Assembly: GCF_044324875.1 (NCBI RefSeq) | Contig: NZ_CP172185.1 | Length of the DNA stretch: 64,000 bases | Strand: one strand, 5' to 3' | Origin: Escherichia coli | Lineage (GTDB): Bacteria; Pseudomonadota; Gammaproteobacteria; Enterobacterales; Enterobacteriaceae | Part shown: piece by piece, positions 30,158 to 39,421 of the stretch | How positions within the stretch are numbered: the first letter of the stretch is position 1 | How the letters are laid out: every line of letters begins with the position of its first letter | The notes under the pieces: model-generated | What the model saw: the letters and a program-made list of their open reading frames with translations, nothing else | Told to the model about the DNA's origin: nothing | The model's database searches: none | Made by a program: the position numbers and the translations under genes

Positions 30158-30484
30158 ATGACACTGCAGGTTGAATTCTGGACGGTGGTGGGCTTTCTCA
30201 TCACCTTCATGAGCTTTGTTGGCGGTATGGCCAAATGGCTGTTCAGTAAAGCGGAGGAACGTCAGGCTGCACGTTTTGCCTCTCTTGAGCAGTCACTGCA
30301 GCAGTCCGCCTCCAGTTGGGGCGAGCTGGAAAAAGAATTGATGCGATTTAAAGCGGATTTACCGCTGAATTATGTCCGTCGCGAGGATTATATCCGTGGC
30401 CAGACAGTCATCGAGGCCAAACTGGACGCGCTTTACAACAAACTGGAAGTGGTACAGCAGTACCGCAATACCGGAGGTCAATAA
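30158..30484 (+). CDS. hypothetical late protein with N-terminal TM (108 aa)
   Basis: ORF overlapping Rz stop. Confidence 0.45.
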   Translation: MTLQVEFWTVVGFLITFMSFVGGMAKWLFSKAEERQAARFASLEQSLQQSASSWGELEKELMRFKADLPLNYVRREDYIRGQTVIEAKLDALYNKLEVVQQYRNTGGQ

Positions 30485-30795
30485 TGGTCGATATTACCCG
30501 GGTACGCCGTGAATCCCTGCGCTGGAGTCTGCTGGTTGCCCTTAACAAAACCCGCCCTTACACCGCCAGCGAGACGCTGCTGCTGGAAGTGTCCCGCGCC
30601 ATCTACCCGGACACCACGCAACTGGAACTGCGCCGTGAGCTTGATTACCTGGCAGATCGCAAAATGGTGGAACTGGAGAGGAGACCGTCCGGTGACTGGT
30701 TTGCCGATCTGAGTCGCCTTGGTGTGGATATTGTGGAATACACCGTGGAATGCGGCCCCGGTATTGCCCGCCCGGAAAAATACTGGAGTGAGTGA
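30484..30795 (+). CDS. hypothetical late protein (103 aa)
   Basis: ORF; start overlaps upstream stop. Confidence 0.45.
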   Translation: MVDITRVRRESLRWSLLVALNKTRPYTASETLLLEVSRAIYPDTTQLELRRELDYLADRKMVELERRPSGDWFADLSRLGVDIVEYTVECGPGIARPEKYWSE

Positions 30796-31340
30796 TTATG
30801 GGACGTCGCAGCAGCATTGATTCTCTGCCGAAGGAGGTCCGTCGCTGGCTTGAGCGGGCACTGACGGAGAATAATTTCACCGGCTATGCAGAGCTTGAAA
30901 GTCTGTTGAAGGAAAAGGGGTACAGCATCACCCGCTCTTCCCTGCAGCGGTTTGGCTACAAAATGGAGCAGCAACTGGCCCGTGTGCGGGCGGCAACCGA
31001 GGCAGCGCGTCTGCTTGCCCGGGAGGCCGGAGACGATCCTGATGACCGTTCAGCCGGACTGATAACCCTCGTCCAGACCGAAATGACGGATATCCTGATG
31101 CGCCTGCAGGAGTCGCGGGAAAACGACGATCCCTTCGCCCGGGCAAAACTGCTGGCAACGGCTTCAAAAAATATCGCCACACTGACCCGCGCCTCGGTCA
31201 ACCTCAAGCGCTATCAGGCAGAAGTCAGAGAGAGGGTTGAACGTGCTGCCGCTGCCGCCGAGAAAATTGCCCGTAAGGGCGGGCTCTCTGCGGAAGCCGT
31301 ACAGGCACTGCGCCGGGAAATTCTGGGGGTGGCGTCATGA
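30792..31340 (+). CDS. DUF3486-type protein (Mu gp27-like, putative small terminase)
   Basis: 182-aa ORF immediately upstream of large terminase; family recalled from memory. Confidence 0.55.
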   Translation: MIMGRRSSIDSLPKEVRRWLERALTENNFTGYAELESLLKEKGYSITRSSLQRFGYKMEQQLARVRAATEAARLLAREAGDDPDDRSAGLITLVQTEMTDILMRLQESRENDDPFARAKLLATASKNIATLTRASVNLKRYQAEVRERVERAAAAAEKIARKGGLSAEAVQALRREILGVAS

Positions 31341-32860
31341 CGGAGCTGCCGCCGCACATTCCTGACACCGCGAGTTATGAGACACCGCCGGTTCTGTTGC
31401 CTTACCAGCAGCGCTGGGTGGCAGATACCTCTCCGCTTAAGGTGATGGAAAAGAGCCGTCGTACCGGTATTACATGGGCTGAGGCATCCGATAACGTACT
31501 GACCGCAGCCTCTTCTGCGCCTGCAGGCGGGATGAATGTGTATTACATCGCCTATAACCAGGATATGACCGTCGAATACATTCAGGCGTGTGCGATGTGG
31601 GCGCGGGCATTCAACTATGCGGCCAGTGAAATTGAAGAAGGATTCTGGGAGGAGGACGACGACGATAAACACATCAGGACTTACACCATCAAATTTCCTG
31701 ACTCCGGCTTTCGCATTGTCGCGCTCTCCAGCCGCCCGTCTAACCTGCGTGGCCGTCAGGGTATTATTGTTATCGACGAAGCGGCGTTCCATGAGCAACT
31801 GGACGAACTGCTGAAAGCGGCGCTGGCGATGCTTATCTGGGGGGGCAAGGTACGCGTTATCTCCACCCATGACGGTGACGACAATCCATTCAGTACGCTT
31901 ATCGGAGATATCCGTGCCGGACGTCAGGGAGGCAGCGTACATCGCATCACTTTCCGGGAAGCCGTATCTGAGGGGCTGTTCCAGCGCGTTTGTCTGCGCA
32001 CCGGGAAGGAATGGTCGGAGGCATCCGAGCTGGCCTGGATGGCGTCGGTGTACAAATTCTACGGTGCCGGCGCATCCGAAGAGCTTGACTGTATTCCGGC
32101 CAACGGTGGCGGTGCCTGGCTGTCCCGTGCCCTGATAGAGTCCCGAATGTCCGCTGATACGCCAGTATTGCGTCTGACCTGCAAGGAAGGTTATGAACTG
32201 CTGTCTGATGAGGTTCGCTTCCACGAGACACAGGACTGGCTTGATGAGCATCTGAAACCCTTGCTGGAGGCACTCCCCACTGATGCCCGCTCTTTCCTGG
32301 GGCGCGACTTTGGTCGCAGCGGTGATTTGTCGGTGGACTATCCCCTGCTGCAGGAGAAGAACCTGGTACGACGCGTGCCATTCGTACTGGAGCTGCGTAA
32401 CGTGCCGTTCAGACAGCAGGAGCAAATCACCTGGTATCTGATGGATGGCCTGCCCGGTCTGCTGGGTGCAGCATTTGATGCCCGTGGTAATGGTGCCTAT
32501 CTGGCTGAATACGCCATGCAGCGCTACGGCTCCAGCCGGGTTCAGCAGGTGATGCCAACCGAAGGCTGGTACCGGGAGCATATGCCTCCGGTCAAAGCTG
32601 CACTGGAAGACGGTAACCTGCTGGACTTACCAAAAGATGAAGACACACTGGATGACCTGCGGGCCGTTCAGGTGGTGAACGGTGTCCCCCGCGTGCCGGA
32701 ACAACGCTCAAAAGCAAAGGCTGATGGTGGTAAACGCCACGGGGATTCAGCCATCGCACTGGCGCTGGCGTATTTCGCCAGCCGTGAAATTAACAAAGGG
32801 CCGGTGAAGGCAAGCTCACGACGTCGTCGTCAGGCGGCCCGTATGCTGGAGGGATTCTGA
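31337..32860 (+). CDS. terminase large subunit (Mu gp28-like)
   Basis: 507-aa ORF with IIVIDEAAF Walker B-like motif; precedes portal. Confidence 0.7.
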   Translation: MTELPPHIPDTASYETPPVLLPYQQRWVADTSPLKVMEKSRRTGITWAEASDNVLTAASSAPAGGMNVYYIAYNQDMTVEYIQACAMWARAFNYAASEIEEGFWEEDDDDKHIRTYTIKFPDSGFRIVALSSRPSNLRGRQGIIVIDEAAFHEQLDELLKAALAMLIWGGKVRVISTHDGDDNPFSTLIGDIRAGRQGGSVHRITFREAVSEGLFQRVCLRTGKEWSEASELAWMASVYKFYGAGASEELDCIPANGGGAWLSRALIESRMSADTPVLRLTCKEGYELLSDEVRFHETQDWLDEHLKPLLEALPTDARSFLGRDFGRSGDLSVDYPLLQEKNLVRRVPFVLELRNVPFRQQEQITWYLMDGLPGLLGAAFDARGNGAYLAEYAMQRYGSSRVQQVMPTEGWYREHMPPVKAALEDGNLLDLPKDEDTLDDLRAVQVVNGVPRVPEQRSKAKADGGKRHGDSAIALALAYFASREINKGPVKASSRRRRQAARMLEGF

Positions 32861-34356
32861 TGGCAAAAGGTATCTGGGTTTCACCCGATGAGTTCGTGGC
32901 GTTTGCCGAACCCAAAAAGTCACTGACCGCGCAGATTGCCTCCCGCAGCCGCGCCATCGACTTTTACGCTCTGGGAATGTACCTGCCCAACCCTGATCCC
33001 ATTCTCAAGGCTCAGGGACGGGATATCCGTATCTACCGCGAACTGCGCACCGACCCGCTGGTCGGGGGCTGTATCCGCAGACGTAAAGCAGCGGTCAAAT
33101 CGCTGGAACGTGGACTGGAGCGCGGTCACGCTTCTGCCCGGGTCTTCCGTTTCATCCGCGACATGCTCGACGATCTGGATCTGTCCCGCATCATCGGTGA
33201 GATGAGCGATGCCGTGCTCTACGGGTATCAGCCCTGTGAAATCATGTGGGGCCGTTCGGTCAGGGCGTGGGCGGTGACGGATATTGTCGGCAAACCGCCT
33301 GAGTGGTTTCAGTTTGATACGGACAACTGCCTGCGCTTCCGGGCTCGTGATGCGGGTGTGGAGGGTGAGCTGCTGTCACCGTCAAAATTCGTGGTGCCGG
33401 CACAGGATGCCTCGTATGACAATCCTTACGGTTTCCCGGACCTGTCCATGTGCTTCTGGCCGGTCGCCTTCAAGAAAGGCGGGATGAAATTCTGGCTCCG
33501 CTTTGCCGAAAAGTTTGGCTCCCCCTGGGTCATCGGTAAGCACCCGAGGGGTGCAAATGATGCAGAGATTGAAAAACTGCTGGACTCCATGGAGCAGATG
33601 GTGGAGGACGCGGTGGCCGCCATCCCTGATGACAGCAGCATCGAACTCAAAGCAGCGGATGGCAAGGCGGACAGCAGCGAGGTATTCCGCGAGCTGATCA
33701 CACTGTCACGCAGTGAGATCTCCATTGCATTACTCGGTCAGAATCAGACCACGGAAGCGAACAGTAACAAGGCCTCTGCACAGGCCGGGCTGGAGGTGAC
33801 GGCTGATATCCGCGATGCGGATGCGGACATCATTCAGGCGGCAGTGAATCAGGTCATAAGAACGGTGGTCACCCTGAACTTCGGCGATGTGCCGTGTCCG
33901 GTCTGGGCCATGTGGGAACAGGAGGCCATTGATGACACCCGTGCCACCCGCGATGAAAAACTCACCCGGGCGGGTCTGCGTCTGACCCCGCAATACTTCA
34001 AGCGTGAGTACCAGCTGCAGGACGGCGATATTGACGAGACACCACCGTCAGAATGCGAGAAGAACATGCTGCCGCTGTCATTTGCCGAGGCGATTGATGC
34101 CGATATTCAGGCTCAGCAGCAGCTTGACGACGCGCTGGACATTCTGATGAACGGAGGTGTGTTAAATGGCACGCTGGAACCCGTCCTGGCACCTCTGTTC
34201 AGACGGGTCGAAAACGGGGTTAACCCGACTGAGCTGCTGGGCGAACTGGCGGAGCTCTACCCTCAGATGAACACGGACGATCTGCAGGAGCGGCTGGCCC
34301 GTATTCTCTTTGTGGCAAATATCTGGGGGCATCTGCATGAGCGTGACAACGGCTGA
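32860..34356 (+). CDS. portal protein (DUF935, Mu gp29-like)
   Basis: 498-aa ORF after terminase; gene order. Confidence 0.7.
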   Translation: MAKGIWVSPDEFVAFAEPKKSLTAQIASRSRAIDFYALGMYLPNPDPILKAQGRDIRIYRELRTDPLVGGCIRRRKAAVKSLERGLERGHASARVFRFIRDMLDDLDLSRIIGEMSDAVLYGYQPCEIMWGRSVRAWAVTDIVGKPPEWFQFDTDNCLRFRARDAGVEGELLSPSKFVVPAQDASYDNPYGFPDLSMCFWPVAFKKGGMKFWLRFAEKFGSPWVIGKHPRGANDAEIEKLLDSMEQMVEDAVAAIPDDSSIELKAADGKADSSEVFRELITLSRSEISIALLGQNQTTEANSNKASAQAGLEVTADIRDADADIIQAAVNQVIRTVVTLNFGDVPCPVWAMWEQEAIDDTRATRDEKLTRAGLRLTPQYFKREYQLQDGDIDETPPSECEKNMLPLSFAEAIDADIQAQQQLDDALDILMNGGVLNGTLEPVLAPLFRRVENGVNPTELLGELAELYPQMNTDDLQERLARILFVANIWGHLHERDNG

Positions 34357-35158
34357 ACTGGCGTACTGCATGACGCTTCCCCCGAAGCGGGCAGTCAGCT
34401 ACCTGAAGTCCAAAGGGTATCAGATTACCTGGGACCAGGAAGAAATGTGGCAGGACGCCCATGCCCGCGCCTTTACCGTCGCTAAAGTGACCCGCCTGGA
34501 TATTCTGGAAGATATTCGCGGGACACTGCAGCAGGCTGTTGATGAAGGAAAAACCGATCGCTGGTTCCGGCAGGAGCTGGAGCCGGCGCTGAAGCGCAGG
34601 GGATGGTGGGGACCGCGTGACACGACTGACCCGGTAACGGGTGAGCCGGTCACCATTCAGCAGGGCAGTCCGTGGCGGCTCGATACCATCTTTCGCACCA
34701 ATATGTCCGTACTCTACAGCGCCGGTCGTTGGGCGGAGCAGATGGAAAACGTCGACGACAGGCCGTACTGGATGTATACCGGCATCAACGACAGCCATAC
34801 CCGCAGGAGCCATCTGGCGCTGCATGGTCTGGTGCTGCGCTGGGATGACCCGTTCTGGCAGGCATTTTACCCGCCGAACGGCTGGCGCTGCCGCTGTAGT
34901 GTGATTGCCCTGAGTGCGGCGGATGTACGTGCCCGTGGCCTGAAGGTTATCAGCTCCGGCTCTGCCATGGGCCAGGAACTGAAACTGGTCTCAGAGAAAA
35001 CCGGCGAAATGTGGAACGTGGCCACCTTTAATACCGGCACCACGAAGGTGACCACCGACGTCGGCTGGTCTTATGCACCGGGGGCAGCATACCGTCCCGA
35101 CCTGGCCCGCTATCAGGGTACGCTTCAGCCACTGGCACAACAGGAACTGAGAGGATAA
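34337..35158 (+). CDS. head morphogenesis protein (Mu F-like)
   Basis: ATG at 34337 overlapping portal 3' end; about 273 aa. Confidence 0.6.
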   Translation: MSVTTAELAYCMTLPPKRAVSYLKSKGYQITWDQEEMWQDAHARAFTVAKVTRLDILEDIRGTLQQAVDEGKTDRWFRQELEPALKRRGWWGPRDTTDPVTGEPVTIQQGSPWRLDTIFRTNMSVLYSAGRWAEQMENVDDRPYWMYTGINDSHTRRSHLALHGLVLRWDDPFWQAFYPPNGWRCRCSVIALSAADVRARGLKVISSGSAMGQELKLVSEKTGEMWNVATFNTGTTKVTTDVGWSYAPGAAYRPDLARYQGTLQPLAQQELRG

Positions 35159-35160
35159 CA

Positions 35161-35619
35161 ATGGCTTCCGATAACCTGGTCAGTGTCACCATTAATGATA
35201 AATCCCTGCGCCGGAGCCTCCGTGCGCTGGATCTGGCTGCCACAGACATGGAGCCTGCGATGCGCAAAATCGCCGGAACCCTGCTGGCGGAAACACAGTT
35301 TAACTTTCTTGATGAGGGGCGTCCGGGGTGGATGCCCTCGCTGGCAGCGGAAGAACGTAACGGACAGACACTGCAGGATACCGGGCGTCTGATGGGGTCA
35401 GTATCAACCGAGCATGACGACCGGCAGGCTGTTGTGGGGACCAACGTTGTTTACGGTGCCATTCACCAGTTCGGGGGTAAAACGGGGCGTAATGAGTCTG
35501 TTGAACTTCCGGCCCGCCCGTTCCTGCCGGTGACGGAGGATGGAGAGCTACAGCCTGAAGTGGTAGTCCCCATCCTCGATACCATTGTCCGCCATCTTGA
35601 AGCAGCGGCCCGTCGCTGA
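35161..35619 (+). CDS. virion morphogenesis protein (Mu G-like)
   Basis: 152-aa ORF; position and size. Confidence 0.55.
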   Translation: MASDNLVSVTINDKSLRRSLRALDLAATDMEPAMRKIAGTLLAETQFNFLDEGRPGWMPSLAAEERNGQTLQDTGRLMGSVSTEHDDRQAVVGTNVVYGAIHQFGGKTGRNESVELPARPFLPVTEDGELQPEVVVPILDTIVRHLEAAARR

Positions 35620-35769
35620 GTTTTCTCTCTTCAGGCGGGTGATTTATCATTGCCAGCGAATGAGGGGCTGTATTACCTTTATAAAGGCTTTACAGCCTCT
35701 GTTTTATAACTGCCTCCGGTTCACCACATTGCTTTCCCTGTCCTTCTCCCCTGATGTTTTCTAAAGCAG

Positions 35770-35781
35770 ATTAAAATCGCC
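35770..35781 (+). promoter_or_regulatory. late-promoter-like motif GATTAAAATCGCC upstream of protease/scaffold gene
   Basis: Second instance of the shared motif, about 60 bp upstream of ATG 35834 in a 214-bp noncoding gap. Confidence 0.35.
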
Positions 35782-35833
35782 GGGCCCGCATTTCTCACAA
35801 ACTGTCTCCGACAACATAACGCGGGACAGCAAA

Positions 35834-36949
35834 ATGTCAGCCATTCACATTTTTAAAGCCGGTACTCATACCGATATGCACGGCAAAAAACTGCCGTTCA
35901 CGCCAGACGATCTTGCCGCCTGCGTGAAAGCCTATGACCCGTCCGTCCATGAAGCACCACTCGTGATTGGTCATCCCAGAACGGAAGACCCGGCGTGGGG
36001 CTGGGTGAAAGCCCTGTCGCTCAGCGGCGTCGATCTGATGGCAGAGCCTGCCCAGCTGGACCCGCAGTTTGCTGAGATGGTCACCGACGGACGATTCAAA
36101 AAAGTGTCTGCCTCTTTCTACCTCCCGGATTCACCGTCCAATCCGAAGCCCGGCGTGCTCTACCTGCGCCATGTGGGCTTTCTTGGGGCACAGCCACCTT
36201 CCGTCAAAGGACTGAAACAGGTGTCCTTCAGTGAGCAGGAAGAAGGTGTGGTGGAGTTCGCCGACTGGCAGGCCATCACGAATGCCTCACTGTGGGGAAA
36301 GCTGCGCGATTTTCTGATCGCCCGCTTCAGTCTGGACGAAGCAGAAAAAGTTCTGCCGGAATGGCAGCTCAACAGTCTGCGCGAAGAGGCGTACCGCGAC
36401 ACACCGTCGCAGGATGCAGCAGGTGCGCAATTCAGTGAGACAGGCCAGGTGCCGTCTTCCGCAAGTAACGAGGAATCATCGATGACAAAAGAAGAGATTG
36501 AAGCCCTTCAGGCGGAGAACCGCCGCCTGAAGCAGCAGGCTGCTGATCGCGATGCGCGTGATGCACAGGTCAGACAGGAGCAACTGCATAAGGACAATGT
36601 GGCCTTTGCAGAAAAACTGGTCGCAGAGGGCCGTCTGGCTCCCCGCGCCTCCTCCGTGGTGGTTGCCCTGCTGGATTCCGTCGCCGGTGGCGACAAGCCG
36701 GTGGAGTTTGCTGAGGGGGAAAGCCGCACACCGCTGGCCACCGCCTTCCGTTCGCTGCTCTCCGACGGGGAGCCGGTGATGAACTTCGCCGAACAGGCCA
36801 CGAAGGAGCGTGTCGGCGACACGGTGAAAGTGGATGTGACGGAGTTTGCAGAAGCCGACCCTGACCGTCTGGCACTGCACCAGAAGGCTGTGGAACTGTC
36901 GAAAAAAGAAGGCATCAGCTATGAGGCTGCTGTCACACGCTGCCTGTAA
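35834..36949 (+). CDS. head protease/scaffold protein (Mu I-like)
   Basis: 371-aa ORF with acidic coiled-coil C-terminus, directly before major capsid gene. Confidence 0.6.
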   Translation: MSAIHIFKAGTHTDMHGKKLPFTPDDLAACVKAYDPSVHEAPLVIGHPRTEDPAWGWVKALSLSGVDLMAEPAQLDPQFAEMVTDGRFKKVSASFYLPDSPSNPKPGVLYLRHVGFLGAQPPSVKGLKQVSFSEQEEGVVEFADWQAITNASLWGKLRDFLIARFSLDEAEKVLPEWQLNSLREEAYRDTPSQDAAGAQFSETGQVPSSASNEESSMTKEEIEALQAENRRLKQQAADRDARDAQVRQEQLHKDNVAFAEKLVAEGRLAPRASSVVVALLDSVAGGDKPVEFAEGESRTPLATAFRSLLSDGEPVMNFAEQATKERVGDTVKVDVTEFAEADPDRLALHQKAVELSKKEGISYEAAVTRCL

Positions 36950-36958
36950 GGAGAAAGC

Positions 36959-37912
36959 ATGTCTGATTACTTAAAAAATAAACGCGTTGTTGATCCTGTT
37001 ATGACCAGCATCGCGCGTGGCTACAGGAATGCAGCCTTCATCGGAGAACATATATTTCCGGTTGTGTATACGGACAGAGAAGCGGTAACGGTCCCCGTTT
37101 TCGGGAGATCAGCGTTTGTGGAAGTTGATACCGTCCGTGCTGTGGGGGCAGACAGTAATGTTCTGATCAGGGAAAAGAGCAGTACGCTGGATCTGGTGTT
37201 GCATGAGCACGATCTTGCTGCACCTGTGGACTACCGTGAACAGACGGAGTCAATGTTCAACGAAGAGGCCAAGGCAATCCGGCGGGTGACAAATGGCATT
37301 CATCTTCGCCGTGAGCTTATTGCTGCCCGTCTTGCGCAGGACAAAAAAGTGTACCCGGCATCTTCGGTAAAGACGATGACGTCTGTTGAACGCTGGGAAG
37401 GAGGCCATGGTGATCCTGTTGAGGTCATTGAGGGAGGCATTGAAGCTGTGCGAAGTAAGATCGGGGTCAGACCCAATCTGATGGTCATGGGAGCCAGTGT
37501 GATGCCCCTGCTGAGATATCATCCAGCCATCACCACTGCTCTGGGACTTAATGAGAGAAAACGGATCACCCCGCAAATCCTCAGGGAGCTTTTTGGTCTG
37601 GACAAGGTCATTGTGGGTGAGCCTGTTTCCATGGCATCCATGACTGATGCAGGCAACCGGAACAAATATCCGGTGGACATCTGGGGAGATAATCTCATGC
37701 TCTTCTATGTCACTCCACCGCGAGAAGGTGCCGAAAGTGCCGACGAAAATGAACCATCGTTCGGGTATACCCTGCGACGTAAGGGGATGCCGGTGGCAGA
37801 TAAATACGATGGAGTGGGCGGAAAGGTGAAGTACTGCCGTTATACCGACATCTATAAGGTGGCGGTCGTGGGCGGGGATGCCGGTTATCTCGTTACAAAT
37901 ATAGTGAAGTAA
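36959..37912 (+). CDS. major capsid protein (Mu T-like)
   Basis: 317-aa ORF after scaffold gene; strong SD AAGGAGAA. Confidence 0.65.
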   Translation: MSDYLKNKRVVDPVMTSIARGYRNAAFIGEHIFPVVYTDREAVTVPVFGRSAFVEVDTVRAVGADSNVLIREKSSTLDLVLHEHDLAAPVDYREQTESMFNEEAKAIRRVTNGIHLRRELIAARLAQDKKVYPASSVKTMTSVERWEGGHGDPVEVIEGGIEAVRSKIGVRPNLMVMGASVMPLLRYHPAITTALGLNERKRITPQILRELFGLDKVIVGEPVSMASMTDAGNRNKYPVDIWGDNLMLFYVTPPREGAESADENEPSFGYTLRRKGMPVADKYDGVGGKVKYCRYTDIYKVAVVGGDAGYLVTNIVK

Positions 37913-37922
37913 GGAGAAGTCT

Positions 37923-38258
37923 ATGACTACACAGCAGGTCACTCTGACCATGACAGTCACAGCCAGTACTGCACTTACTCAGCAGAGGTTTGTGGGAGCA
38001 GATAACGGCGCATGTAAGCAGGGTGCCGTTGCCGTCGGTGTCGCCCAGGTGGATGCCCGTGCAGGTGATCTGACCCCGGTGAGTGTGACCGGGATCCTTG
38101 CAGTTGAAACGGGAGCGGCAGTTTCCAGAGGGGCACTGGTACAGTCTGATGCCAAATCAAGGGCTGTTCCTCAGGCTGACAGTGGTAAATCCTGTGGCAT
38201 TGCACTGGATGAGGCAAAGGCCGAAGGCGACATCATCCGTATCCTGCGCGGGGTGTGA
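37923..38258 (+). CDS. hypothetical head-associated protein (111 aa)
   Basis: ORF in head module. Confidence 0.45.
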   Translation: MTTQQVTLTMTVTASTALTQQRFVGADNGACKQGAVAVGVAQVDARAGDLTPVSVTGILAVETGAAVSRGALVQSDAKSRAVPQADSGKSCGIALDEAKAEGDIIRILRGV

Positions 38259-38259
38259 G

Positions 38260-38706
38260 ATGTACTGCACCCTGGAGGATTTGCTTGCGCAGGTGCCGGA
38301 ACGAACGCTGATCGAGCTCACCAGTGAAGATATGGACTTCGACTCGCCTGCAACAGTGAATACCCGTGTGGTGGACAGCTGTATCCGCTATGCCGACGAG
38401 CTGATTGATGCCCATCTGCGCGGACGCTATATCCTGCCGCTGGCGGAGATACCGACCGTTCTGCGGGACATTGCCATCACGCTGGTCCGTTACCGGCTCT
38501 ACGCCCGCCGCCCGGAAGGTGACCTCCCGGATACGGTGAAGGATGACCACAAAGAAGCGCTGCGGCAACTCAGGGAGTTACGTGATAACAGGCTCACGCT
38601 GGGGCTGCCGTCCACTCAGAAAGATGTGCCTGAGCCAGGAGAGTTTCGTGTACGCAGTCGCCCGGCCACTTTCGGCGGTCGTGACGGTTTACTGGAGAAA
38701 TACTGA
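38260..38706 (+). CDS. head-tail connector-type protein (148 aa)
   Basis: Start at MYCTLEDLL directly after upstream stop. Confidence 0.5.
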   Translation: MYCTLEDLLAQVPERTLIELTSEDMDFDSPATVNTRVVDSCIRYADELIDAHLRGRYILPLAEIPTVLRDIAITLVRYRLYARRPEGDLPDTVKDDHKEALRQLRELRDNRLTLGLPSTQKDVPEPGEFRVRSRPATFGGRDGLLEKY

Positions 38707-39170
38707 TGAACGTTCTGCCCGTCCTTGATGCGGTACTGGCCCGGTTACGCGAGAACCTGCCGCAACTGCAGGTGGAGTACTTCCCGGAGAAACCGGCTGA
38801 ATATCGCCTGAACCATCCGGTTGGCGCGTTGCTGCTGAGCTATGCCGGTTCGCGCTTTGACAGGCCGGATGATACCGGTGCGGTGATCCAGCCTCAGACT
38901 ATCCAGCTCTGCGTCACGGTGGTCTTCCGCCAGCTCAACGGTAAAAAAGGGGCGATTAATGTCCTGGATGCTGTCCGCCGCATTCTCGGTGGCTACACCC
39001 CGCCCGGCTGCCGCCGTCGTATCTGGCTGACCCGCGAGGTGTTTATCGGTGAAGTCAGGGGGCTGTGGCAATACGCCCTCGACTTCGCGACTGAAAGCGT
39101 CTTTATCGAAGACAGCGATTTACCGTCCGGCCCGCTGTTAACCGAAGTGAACTATGAGGAAAGCGAGTGA
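38706..39170 (+). CDS. hypothetical head completion protein (154 aa)
   Basis: ORF; start overlaps upstream stop. Confidence 0.5.
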   Translation: MNVLPVLDAVLARLRENLPQLQVEYFPEKPAEYRLNHPVGALLLSYAGSRFDRPDDTGAVIQPQTIQLCVTVVFRQLNGKKGAINVLDAVRRILGGYTPPGCRRRIWLTREVFIGEVRGLWQYALDFATESVFIEDSDLPSGPLLTEVNYEESE

Positions 39171-39421
39171 TGAAAGCATACCGCTATTCCGGCCCGGCCA
39201 GCGGCGTCACGCTGTCGGACGGAACCGAAATCCTGCTCTGGCCGGGGAAGACGTTTTCCCTGCCGGAGGAGCATGACTACGTGAAGGTACTGGTGGCGCT
39301 GAAACATCTGACGCCGGTACCTGAAGAGACTAAACTCGCCGGCACACCGGCTGTGCAGTCACCAAAGCGCAGAAGCAGCAGTGACAGCGAAGTGAAAACG
39401 GAGGACACCCATGGCAGCTAA
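39167..39421 (+). CDS. hypothetical protein (84 aa)
   Basis: ORF with overlapping start/stop in late operon. Confidence 0.4.
   Translation: MMKAYRYSGPASGVTLSDGTEILLWPGKTFSLPEEHDYVKVLVALKHLTPVPEETKLAGTPAVQSPKRRSSSDSEVKTEDTHGS

Larger units (their letters stand above)
26865..30161 (+). pseudogene. Rz-like i-spanin interrupted by IS21-family insertion (5' part 26865..26965, 3' part 29609..30161)
   Basis: N-terminal TM MWTNLLKNLPWRSLLLAVLINAFLIGLYYLGYKS and C-terminal coiled-coil join in frame (LGYKSGHENATRDGDKAISELQSAF...) when 26966..29608 is removed. Confidence 0.6.
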
